DNA of 53,612 nucleotides, from contig PS015120.1 of NCBI GenBank assembly GCA_048213135.1, positions 1 through 53,612 of the forward strand. Direction: 5' to 3'. The notes under the pieces were generated by a model. It was not told where the DNA came from and made no database searches. It saw only the letters and a program-made list of their open reading frames with translations. This document shows, one piece after another, positions 36,831 through 47,732 of this stretch (within the stretch, counting starts at the first letter, position 1; each line of letters opens with the position of its first letter). This DNA is from Reclinomonas americana ATCC 50394 (taxonomy: Eukaryota). The position numbers were made by a program, and so were the translations under genes.

Positions 36831-37486
36831 ACATGCACACACACGCACACACACACACAACGCATACACACACAGACATGTTCATCTTTCAACTTCCCNN
36901 NNNNNNNNNNNNNNNNNNNNNNNNNNNNNNNNNNNNNNNNNNNNNNNNNNNNNNNNNNNNNNNNNNNNNNNNNNNNNNNNNNNNNNNNNNNNNNNNNNNN
37001 NNNNNNNNNNNNNNNNNNNNNNNNNNNNNNNNNNNNNNNNNNNNNNNNNNNNNNNNNNNNNNNNNNNNNNNNNNNNNNNNNNNNNNNNNNNNNNNNNNNN
37101 NNNNNNNNNNNNNNNNNNNNNNNNNNNNNNNNNNNNNNNNNNNNNNNNNNNNNNNNNNNNNNNNNNNNNNNNNNNNNNNNNNNNNNNNNNNNNNNNNNNN
37201 NNNNNNNNNNNNNNNNNNNNNNNNNNNNNNNNNNNNNNNNNNNNNNNNNNNNNNNNNNNNNNNNNNNNNNNNNNNNNNNNNNNNNNNNNNNNNNNNNNNN
37301 NNNNNNNNNNNNNNNNNNNNNNNNNNNNNNNNNNNNNNNNNNNNNNNNNNNNNNNNNNNNNNNNNNNNNNNNNNNNNNNNNNNNNNNNNNNNNNNNNNNN
37401 NNNNNNNNNNNNNNNNNNNNNNNNNNNNNNNNNNNNNNNNNNNNNNNNNNNNNNNNNNNNNNNNNNNNNNNNNNNNNNNNNNNNNN

Positions 37487-37661
37487 CAACGATCGCACTC
37501 AGTGACAGATGACATGGATCGCAACGCAATGCCAGCCATCAGCAGCTCGGGATCGAACTCCTCCGCCACAAAGTTCTGCGCCTGCATCGGACCAGTCGGC
37601 TTGTTCCGAGCACGCAGAGTCAGCACCAATGACTTCTGCGGGTCGTCGGCGATGCCAAACA
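37487..37661 (-). CDS. Isolated coding exon between gaps, probably extracellular part of the 7TM-kinase
   Basis: Open frame VFGIADDPQKSLVLTLRARNKPTGPMQAQNFVAEEFDPELLMAGIALRSMSSVTECDR after a ttcgag acceptor; same strand as the kinase. Confidence 0.5.
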
Positions 37662-38615
37662 CTCGAACACATATATGCAAGAAAGGCAGAGACACACACG
37701 AATGTCTCGCGGGAAGAGTGGCCGATTGCGAGACGCCACGAGTGAACACAGATGCAACCGAAGCAGCTGCAGGGGAGAGGCAAAGGGGCATGAGTGATCC
37801 AGAGCAGAAATANNNNNNNNNNNNNNNNNNNNNNNNNNNNNNNNNNNNNNNNNNNNNNNNNNNNNNNNNNNNNNNNNNNNNNNNNNNNNNNNNNNNNNNN
37901 NNNNNNNNNNNNNNNNNNNNNNNNNNNNNNNNNNNNNNNNNNNNNNNNNNNNNNNNNNNNNNNNNNNNNNNNNNNNNNNNNNNNNNNNNNNNNNNNNNNN
38001 NNNNNNNNNNNNNNNNNNNNNNNNNNNNNNNNNNNNNNNNNNNNNNNNNNNNNNNNNNNNNNNNNNNNNNNNNNNNNNNNNNNNNNNNNNNNNNNNNNNN
38101 NNNNNNNNNNNNNNNNNNNNNNNNNNNNNNNNNNNNNNNNNNNNNNNNNNNNNNNNNNNNNNNNNNNNNNNNNNNNNNNNNNNNNNNNNNNNNNNNNNNN
38201 NNNNNNNNNNNNNNNNNNNNNNNNNNNNNNNNNNNNNNNNNNNNNNNNNNNNNNNNNNNNNNNNNNNNNNNNNNNNNNNNNNNNNNNNNNNNNNNNNNNN
38301 NNNNNNNNNNNNNNNNNNNNNNNNNNNNNNNNNNNNNNNNNNNNNNNNNNNNNNNNNNNNNNNNNNNNNNNNNNNNNNNNNNNNNNNNNNNNNNNNNNNN
38401 NNNNNNNNNNNNNNNNNNNNNNNNNNNNNNNNNNNNNNNNNNNNNNNNNNNNNNNNNNNNNNNNNNNNNNNNNNNNNNNNNNNNNNNNNNNNNNNNNNNN
38501 NNNNNNNNNNNNNNNNNNNNNNNNNNNNNNNNNNNNNNNNNNNNNNNNNNNNNNNNNNNNNNNNNNNNNNNNNNNNNNNNNNNNNNNNNNNNNNNNNNNN
38601 NNNNNNNNNNNNNNN

Positions 38616-40159
38616 GCTTGGCTACCCGTTCTACTCACCGACTCGTACAAGTGAGGCGAAGAAGCAAGTGACGGAGATGGTGGAGAAGCAGCTCTTCACT
38701 CCGATCAAGGCCACCAAGCAATCATCGCTGTTACCGCTCCAGAAGGTGGATGCCGTTCGCCGCTTCGTCCTCACGAAGGCCACCTTCGTCATGTCGGCGG
38801 TGGAGCTCCAGCATTCCGTGCTCGCCAGATTCGACAGCAAGATCCGCGACAGCAAGATCCGCGACAGCATCCGACTCTGCCTCGGCCTCGACAACGACTC
38901 TGGCACCCCCTTCCTCTACACTCCGCTGTCGAAAGCTGGTCTCGGTCTGTACTCTGTGGTGGAGCGAGCGGCCTCTCTGTTGATCAACTCTGTTGACACA
39001 CCGCCGACCGCTGACTCGCCGTGCGGCGGAGCACATGCTGCACTGCTCGGTGAAGGCGGCCGGTGGTCGTGTTGACGACTTCTCGCCGTTGCCGACTGCT
39101 GGTTTGGTGGCCAAGTACCGGCAGATGAACGAGGTCACAGACGTCAATCGCCAGCAGCTGCCAGTTGCCACGCCGCAGCGGTATTTCTCTGTGTTGCTGT
39201 CTCCTGTTGTTCCCCAGGCCGGTGCTGCTGTGGCTGCTCCTGGTGCAGGTACTCGGTTTCAAGTGGCCACTGATCCGCATGCTCCTCGCCGCGCGCGCTG
39301 TTCGCTCCAATCTGATGGGTGTTGCTCTCGGGCACGCTCTGAAGTTGGGTGTCAGTGTGGAAGTGCATCCGGCTGCTGCTGCTGGTCAGCCTCCGCTGGT
39401 GGTCGGACGGCCGGCTGACGGTGGTGTTGTGTTTCCCTTTGCCTCTCGCTTGTTGCCTGCGATGTCACACTTCTACTCCAAGAGCCACATTGTGAGCTGG
39501 AAGGCCTTGCAGAAGTGTGGTGCCTTTGTCGACTTTCTGCAGAAGGCTGCTGCTGGAACCCATGACGTGGTGGCTCAGGGCAACAGCATCACCGAGAAGG
39601 AGCAGCGCTTCCTGTGCAAGATGCGAACCAACTCCGTCGCGCTCAACAACAAGGCGGCGGTCTTCATCGGCAACCCTGGTGGCCCCGCGTCGCTGTGCCC
39701 ACTCTGTGGCAAGGAGTCGGAGTCGCTCGGTCACTTGCTCAACGGCTGTGAAAAGCTGAAGGGCTTGTGGACGACGCGCCACGACAACGTGCTCGACGTC
39801 CTTCAAGCGGCGCGCTGTTGCGGCGCCCCAAGGTGGACGGTGTGGTGGGCCAGCTGCTGCGCGAGCGTATCGACGCCGACCTGCAGCCAGCGCCGGTGGA
39901 CATTGCCAACCACGCCAACTCGGCCAGGCTCAAGCCAGACGTCACCCTGGTTCACACCAGAGAGCGGACTGGTGAGATCTGCTCGGTCCAGGTGGTGGAG
40001 TTGACGTGCCCCTTTGCCAACGAAGACTCGGTCAAGTCTGCTGTCAACGGCAAGAAGGCCGAGTACGACTCATTGGTCAAGGCCATCAAGCAGAAGATCG
40101 GCGATCAGACCAAGGTCGCTGCTGACGAAGTCTGCCTGGAGGCTGTGTGTCCTGATTAG
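38616..40159 (+). mobile_element. Decayed RLE-type (R2/NeSL/R4-group) non-LTR retrotransposon, 3' half
   Basis: RT thumb-like LLPLQKVDAVRRFVL...FDSKIRDSIRLCLGL...FLYTPLSKAGLGLYSV; RFLCKMRTNSV; CCHC knuckle CPLCGKESESLGHLLNGC; RHDNVL; endonuclease RLKPDVTLV...VVELTCPF...KKAEY. Several frameshifts and a 15-nt tandem duplication (DSKIR x2). Confidence 0.9.
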
Positions 40160-41446
40160 GGCTCTGTTCTCAACATCGACAACACACTTAAAACAGTTTT
40201 AGTTGTAGAAGGAAAGCACACGAGACTTGTTGGCGATCATTGGTAGATGCTTGTGAATGAATTATCGAGCTTCTGAATGACAGCAGTCTATCCAGATTTC
40301 CACCACTGTTGGAATATCGATATCATGGTTTCATAAAGTGAAACACGATCGGAGTCATATCATGATCATACTCCTCTCGTTTTTCACTTTCTTTCCTGTT
40401 GAGCTCTTGGTTCGCTTGTGTGGTGGTTGCGAGAGATGTGGGTTTGCGGTTCAGCGCTTGACCTTCGCTTCTGAATGCGGGGTCTGTCTCTTGTGAAAGN
40501 NNNNNNNNNNNNNNNNNNNNNNNNNNNNNNNNNNNNNNNNNNNNNNNNNNNNNNNNNNNNNNNNNNNNNNNNNNNNNNNNNNNNNNNNNNNNNNNNNNNN
40601 NNNNNNNNNNNNNNNNNNNNNNNNNNNNNNNNNNNNNNNNNNNNNNNNNNNNNNNNNNNNNNNNNNNNNNNNNNNNNNNNNNNNNNNNNNNNNNNNNNNN
40701 NNNNNNNNNNNNNNNNNNNNNNNNNNNNNNNNNNNNNNNNNNNNNNNNNNNNNNNNNNNNNNNNNNNNNNNNNNNNNNNNNNNNNNNNNNNNNNNNNNNN
40801 NNNNNNNNNNNNNNNNNNNNNNNNNNNNNNNNNNNNNNNNNNNNNNNNNNNNNNNNNNNNNNNNNNNNNNNNNNNNNNNNNNNNNNNNNNNNNNNNNNNN
40901 NNNNNNNNNNNNNNNNNNNNNNNNNNNNNNNNNNNNNNNNNNNNNNNNNNNNNNNNNNNNNNNNNNNNNNNNNNNNNNNNNNNNNNNNNNNNNNNNNNNN
41001 NNNNNNNNNNNNNNNNNNNNNNNNNNNNNNNNNNNNNNNNNNNNNNNNNNNNNNNNNNNNNNNNNNNNNNNNNNNNNNNNNNNNNNNNNNNNNNNNNNNN
41101 NNNNNNNNNNNNNNNNNNNNNNNNNNNNNNNNNNNNNNNNNNNNNNNNNNNNNNNNNNNNNNNNNNNNNNNNNNNNNNNNNNNNNNNNNNNNNNNNNNNN
41201 NNNNNNNNNNNNNNNNNNNNNNNNNNNNNNNNNNNNNNNNNNNNNNNNNNNNNNNNNNNNNNNNNNNNNNNNNNNNNNNNNNNNNNNNNNNNNNNNNNNN
41301 NNNNNNNNNNNNNNNNNNNNNNNNNNNNNNNNNNNNNNNNNNNNNNNNNNNNNNNNNNNNNNNNNNNNNNNNNNNNNNNNNNNNNNNNNNNNNNNNNNNN
41401 NNNNNNNNNNNNNNNNNNNNNNNNNNNNNNNNNNNNNNNNNNNNNN

Positions 41447-41871
41447 GGCGACCGACGAACCCTTCAAAAACGAGAACGTCAACTTGATGCGCAGTCCCTG
41501 TGCAATGCTGCCATTGGTGGCGGTGCTCGTCCACCGTCCAGCCACTGGCGCAAACAGCGGATCGACCTCGGCCTCGGTGTGCACCTCGGCAGTCGCAGAG
41601 GCCACCGCCTGCGCCACCAGCTGCTCAATCGTTTGCGACAGGTACTCCCACGTGGTGTCTGTGGCCATCACTGGGGAAGGCGCGCTGGCTGCTGCGTGGT
41701 GGTGGTGCTGGGCACTGATGGCCACTGTACAGAGAGAGAGAGGAGGGGGGAGGGGGGGGAAGGGATTTCGATATTCGGTGTCTGGTTTCTCGCATCTTTC
41801 TCTTGTGTGCTGCACATGCACGCACCAGCGAGGAGAGCAATGGTGATGACGGTCACAAGGATGGACCGCAT
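41447..41871 (-). CDS. Signal-peptide-bearing first exons of a secreted or membrane protein, probably the 5' end of the 7TM-kinase
   Basis: ATG 41871: MRSILVTVITIALLA|VAISAQHHHH...TWEYLSQTIEQLV...GLRIKLTFSFLKGSS, with a GTGCGT...GTACAG intron; frame runs open into the gap. Confidence 0.55.
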
Positions 41872-42458
41872 GTGAGCAATGGACACTGCACACAGAGAGT
41901 GAGTGTTTCATGCAACTTGCATTGATCACCACACTGCGCTCACAACGCTCACACTCACCCATGATGTGTTGCTATTGGGTGAGTTGAGGCACTGAGATTG
42001 CAAGTGTGTGTGCTGTGTGTGTGTGTGTGCAGGTTGTCTGTTCTCTCCGAACAGTGCTACGTTTTCTGTATTGACGTGTCTGTTTCCCCACGAGTAATAT
42101 GGTGCATTGGCAGGTGGTTGCACTTGCGCACAAGGCCCTCTCAATTTGACAAGCAATTTGCGCGTGCGTTCGGACAAGGCAAACGTGCACGGGCCCGCCC
42201 GTTGGCAAGGCACAGAAGGAGGTGCGTAGGTGCAGGTGTAGGTGCGGAAGCGAGTAGAAAGCGACGTGCAGGAGTGGTGTGGTGGGAGAGGGCGAGGCGA
42301 AATGCATCGGCCAATGCATGTCCAGAAATGTGAAAACTAGACAAGTGCCGCAGAGACCAGCCAGGGGCGTGGTGGCAAGGGAGAGAGTGCAGATGTGCAG
42401 GGATGAGAAGTGAGGTGCTTATGCTGCGCAGAGAGACACGTGAATGACAACGTGTCAG

Positions 42459-42680
42459 AATAATAATAGAACTTCACTGGGACAATAATAATAGAAACTT
42501 CACTGATCCATACACCAATGAGCATCTACCAGTGATTACACAACAATGAACATCTACCAGTGATCGCCGCATCTCTGAGATGCACCTGCAGATATTGGCG
42601 ATCACTAGTAGATGCTCATTGTTGTGTATGTCCAGTGAAGTTTCTATTACTCATTGTATCAGTGAAAATTTCATTATTTT
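42459..42680. repeat. AT-rich foldback (long inverted repeat with internal sub-repeats), MITE-like
   Basis: 42537-42568 pairs with 42597-42628 (32 bp, 2 mismatches); outer arms carry aatagaaacttcactg / cagtgaagtttctatt and duplicated sub-units. Confidence 0.85.
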
Positions 42681-42832
42681 TAGCCTACAACTCTTTCGTG
42701 GGCGCAGTGCTGCAGGCGCGCGCGAGAGAGATGATGCGAAATAAAAAGGTTCACCGTTACTGGGGTACGTTCGCGGTAGAGGCGAGGAGCACACAAGAAA
42801 GAGACAAACAAATTGCGGTACAGAGAGTGTGC

Positions 42833-44493
42833 TCAGTGGCTGACAATGACCGTTTGCGTAGTGGTTTGCTGTGCACGTGCAGACAGAAAGAAAACAGGTG
42901 AGCAGTTGGCGAAAAGGAGTGTAGCTGTGAGAGGAGGCAACGAACCTTGCCCTCGCGATTGCCCTGCGACGACACCTCGATCGAAGAGGTGAGCATAAGC
43001 ACGCCCCACATGATGCCCCTGTGCGTACGCGTGTTAGACAGAGTTGTTGAGCAGCTGCAAGAGGACGACATGGTTAACGGTGTCGCGTACACACCACACG
43101 TAGCCTGTGAAGCGGAACGGGTACCCAGCGGAACAGAGAGGTCAGAACAAGAGACAAAAGAAGCAAATTAATTTAAACAGCAACATCGACAAACCAATAA
43201 AGAAAATCAATGTGCAAATGAGCTGGAGGACCCTGTAAGGAGAGAAGACAAGGGAGGTCAGAAATAGACTCTAGGCTTGCACAGTTACTAGAATCATGCA
43301 TCACTCACCACACCCTTTTGGCCATTAAAAATTAAAGGCGAGTAGAAAAATGAGACACAGTTGGTTTGAACAGGACATTACATCACGACGACAGGAGCAG
43401 TCAAGGCAAACCAGAAGTTGATCCAGAACACTATACATACACGACACGACAATCAGCATCCCGCACTCGCAGCAGCTGCAATTCATTTGCATTCGTCCAG
43501 ATCCCGACCAAATTAATACTCACCTCCGCAACCTGTGGCCACATCGTGCTTGGCAGTGCTGTCTCCCTTCTGCACATATTGACGCCAACAACGTCAGCAA
43601 TAAAGCACGTCACCCTTGCACACTCAGGCACTCTCGAACCGGGATCGGGCAGCAGCACTCTGTGCAATCCATGGCCAGCCACGATCGCGAATCAGAAATT
43701 CAAACGCAAGGACAACGTTGCAACAACTATACAAGACTCAAAGGCCGAGCGAACACACCCTCACTGCCACCAGCAATGGCACCAATTAGCGTGCCCAGTG
43801 AGCCAGGGAGGAGGTTCTATGCGCACACAGTGAGACAGGAGATCGTACACAACAACAGCCTGCAAAAAACTCCAACATGTGAAACAAAAAAAGACGCAAC
43901 GAAGATGAAGCAGATGATGCCCCACCACAGACGCATGCGCGGAATCGCCAGCTTGAAGCGCTCCATGCAGCTGCCCTGCTCCTTCACCGTCGTCTGCACG
44001 ACAGTCACCTACGCGACGACAAACAAGATGCATATATGCATTTGCAAGCATTATTATAATTATTGATCATGACCAGCACTTGCCAAGCAGAAGAACAGTT
44101 CGTTTGCACACCTGCGGAGCTGGGTACGAGCCAGGCTACAATACACAGAGACGTAAGTCACATGGGAAGAGGAGGAAAAGAGGAGGAGAGAGGCAGAGGA
44201 ACACCATCGATACCTGTCCAGGATACGATCCGGATCCCGGCTGTGGGTAGCCCTGCGGCGGGTAACCCGGCAGGGAGCCCTGCGGCGGGGGGTAGCCAGG
44301 AGCGCCGTACTGTGGAGGGTAACTGCCCGGCTGGCCCGCCGGTGACGCGGGAGAAACCTGTCCGTGCTGTGCGCGAGAAGAGAAAAGTGTGTGAGGAGCG
44401 CGCAGCGCTCGCAGCGAGCTCGAGGCGCCGGCGTTTGGCGGGTGCGATCAATCTCTGTCTCACGCGCACAAATGACGCAACTTCGTGGCCCAT
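42833..44493 (-). CDS. Stum/SPEC3-family small membrane protein with Pro/Gly/Tyr-rich N-terminus; 13 exons including micro-exons
   Basis: Hand-spliced product MGHE|HGQ...YPPQ repeats...|VTVVQTTVKEQGSCMERFKLAIPRMRLWWGIICFIF|NLLPGSLGTLIGAIAGGSEECCCPIP|KGD...GCGVFWINFWVWVLQLICTLIFFIGYVWGIMWGVLML...QTTTQTVIVSH* matches the family pattern AIP.M....A.IC...N...PG.GT...VFW.N....LQ.....G..W.I.WG; all junctions GT-AG and in phase. Confidence 0.85.
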
Positions 44494-45107
44494 GGTTCTC
44501 TCCCCAAACTGCGCGCAAAATCGGTGGTGACAATCGGTCCCTGCAGGGCCCTGGAGGAGGTCAACTGATACAGCCATGCGACCACAGATTGGGTCCGAAC
44601 TATTTTGCAGAAAAGGCGGCGGAGGTGGGGCGGGCTCAGGGAGGATAGTCGCGTGGGCTATGAAGGCTTATCCTGCTGCAAAGTGTTGTTCGCGGATTTG
44701 CTCGGCGACCTTCCACGGGGAGAACGGCTCGCCCACAGGAAACGTACTGTTTTTCATTGCAACAAATGAATTCGTTGACGCCAGGAGGAGGACTGAAACA
44801 CATGGCGAGATCCTGCGAAAGGCAGTGTCTCTTGCGGGTGTTGCCGTTGTGGCCGCCTGTGTCCTAGACACGATCGCGAGGCGGCCACACCAATCGGAGT
44901 TTAGCGGCTCGGCATCATCCGTTCCTGGCGAGACGGTACCTTCGTGTTCCATGGGCAGCAGCCAGGAAAGACAGACAAGGCAGAGAACATCATCGCCACC
45001 GCAGCCACTCTTGCAGCGAAGCACAGATTCAGCGTAGACTCCTAGTACACCGATCCTGTCTCTCAGAAGATCACGCGCACCACGCTGCGATTGGCCGTCT
45101 GACAACA

Positions 45108-45418
45108 CGACCGGCACCGTATTTGCTGGGCTTTCCTTCCACTTCACCGTCCGGTGCCGTATGAGTTGGGGAAGACGGTCGTTGGAGCCTTGTCCATGCG
45201 GTGTCGGTACGGTGACGGGCAAAGCTCGAAGAGGGCCGGTGCCGGACGGTTCGGCTATCGCCAGCGATTCCGATGCCGTCCGGCCACTCACCGCCACCTG
45301 AGTCTCCGTACGGCACCGTGACCATTCTTCTGCGCCGCCGGACGGTGCCGTACGGCTACTCACCACTCCCACGAGTCTCCGAACGGCACCGTCACCAACA
45401 TCACCGAACGGTGTCGCG
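45108..45418. repeat. Cluster of direct and inverted ACGG(C/T)(A/G)CCGT motifs with an approximately 73-bp direct duplication
   Basis: gagtctccgtacggcaccgtgacca (45300) vs gagtctccgaacggcaccgtcacca (45373); cggcaccg/cggtgccg motifs also near 45112, 45152, 45237 and 45343. Confidence 0.65.
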
Positions 45419-47732
45419 AGATTACCTCACGCATTGATCACGCATCACCACTCGAGCCCACCCATACGCGTGAGCATTGAGAGGTCACGACCATTGTCTC
45501 TTTATGATCACTCGCTAGCGCAGCGGCCAGCGTGCCATCTTCTGCATGTGTGCATGCGCTGCAGTGGTTTGGTGCTTGTGTTGATGCATCTCTCGCGCAA
45601 CAGTCGAATCCACTGTCGACATGGACGAGCGGTTAGCATGCTCTTTGTCACAGTGTTGTGGATGGCTGTGCAGCAGTGCACCACTGCCACTGTTTCTTGG
45701 CCTTTCTTTGCGAGTGAGCATTCTGCCATTCCACTGTGATCAACCAACACGACTTGTCTCTCTCGTTCGCTTGCTTCCGCGCGCAGAAGTCTCTCTCCGT
45801 GTGTCAGGTGCACAGAGTTGATCCGTGTGCTGTCCCTCTCTGACCATGTTCACTACTCACGCTGCTTGAGCCTCTGCCGTCTTGGCGTGGTAAGTAAGCG
45901 CAACTGCGTTTTTTGTTGTTTGAGCATTTTTCCGCTGTGCTTCCTTGCTCACCCCTGTTCATGCCTGCGTATCCTTGCGTCGAGACAGGCTTCTCCAGCA
46001 CACACTCAGTGATGCATGTGAGAGTGGCACTGCTGATGCGCGTGTGCCGTGCCACGTCGTCCCTCGTGTGAGTGATGACTTGTTTGATATCGATTGAGCA
46101 TTTTTCCGAGCATATCACTCACCAAAGAGGCCGTCGTCTGTAGCAGCACAGTGAACCACTCTGCACCCTTGGTGCATGCCTTGCTACCTGCGAGCTCGTG
46201 GTGACGCACATCATGCATGATCTCTTTGAGGTTTGGCCCTCACACACTTCTCATCTCATGTGAGCACTCGTAACCTATTGCGCCATCTGTTCTCTCTCTC
46301 GTTGAGCAGCTTTGGCACCAATGCTGCACTGCTCTACATGCAGCGATCGGTGTGACTGAGCCTGTTAGCAGGAGCCCTCATTATATCTGGCCCGTCACCT
46401 TCACCGCAGCGTCGTCTTCGTTGTTACATCTTGACACCGTTGCAGTGCCACTCGTGTCGTCGGTATCCATGAGTAGTGCGTGCTCCTGGCGACTACGGTG
46501 TGCGCCGTGGTGTGCTATTTTGTGGCAGACATGTCTCATGGTGCTCGTACTGAGGTGAGCAAAAGCTGTGCAGTGTCATGTGCTTCATGATCACGGTTGG
46601 TTGACACTGTATCGCAGCGGCTTCTTGCTCAACCGAGCAACAGCATTGACGATGATGCATTCGAAGGAACCAAGTGGCACTGGCTCTGTGGCGGCGGAGA
46701 CCCGGATCTGGCTGTGCTTCCACACAGTGCTACTGCATTTCGGATTTGGGTGCAAGACCGAGTCTGATTTGAACCCCTGACATCTGCCAGTGACCCTCCC
46801 ACCTTAACCGCCGAGTCACAGCGGTGGTGGTTATATCGATCAGCAAGAATCAACCATCCCCCATCGACAAGCATCCAACAAGCCCGCCAAAGGCGATCAG
46901 CAACAGGTGGTCTCTCGCAGACTGACGAGGATGGCGATCGGCAATGTCTGGTGGAGATCGTGATGCGGTGCTTTCTGGCGGAGGAGGCTCAGGTGGTGGT
47001 GCACCAGTGCGTGCAAGCTGGCCAGTTCCTGTAGCGTTCATTTTTTCGAATGAAAGAAACACTGTTCACTCACACTCTCGGTNNNNNNNNNNNNNNNNNN
47101 NNNNNNNNNNNNNNNNNNNNNNNNNNNNNNNNNNNNNNNNNNNNNNNNNNNNNNNNNNNNNNNNNNNNNNNNNNNNNNNNNNNNNNNNNNNNNNNNNNNN
47201 NNNNNNNNNNNNNNNNNNNNNNNNNNNNNNNNNNNNNNNNNNNNNNNNNNNNNNNNNNNNNNNNNNNNNNNNNNNNNNNNNNNNNNNNNNNNNNNNNNNN
47301 NNNNNNNNNNNNNNNNNNNNNNNNNNNNNNNNNNNNNNNNNNNNNNNNNNNNNNNNNNNNNNNNNNNNNNNNNNNNNNNNNNNNNNNNNNNNNNNNNNNN
47401 NNNNNNNNNNNNNNNNNNNNNNNNNNGACGAGAGAGAGAGAGAGAGAGAGGGAGGCACAGAGAAAGATCGAAAGAGAGACAGGGAGAGGTACTGAGGGAA
47501 TGAGGGCGTGAGATCGGGAAGGAGAAGAGATGGAGACACAGAGATTGATGCAGAGAAACAGATGAGTGAAGCAGAGACAGAGGACACACATACACACACG
47601 CACACACACACACACACAGAGAGAGAGAGGAGGCAGCAAAGTGTCGCTTGAGTTGTCTCATCACTTGAGAGAACTCCTAATCTCGAGTAGTTGTCAGCTC
47701 ATCTTTCCCCTTCCCTTTCCCCGTCATCTCAG

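Noticed and set aside
40160-40499. Possible rRNA, U2, SL or tRNA target site downstream of the RLE element
   Set aside because: No recognisable conserved RNA-gene sequence; no RNA genes were identified by eye anywhere in the window.
36462-41962. Long ORFs made mostly of X
   Set aside because: Artifacts of translating through N gaps.
44576-47082. Several short ORFs, possibly a spliced or decayed gene
   Set aside because: No consistent exon chain or recognisable domain could be built.
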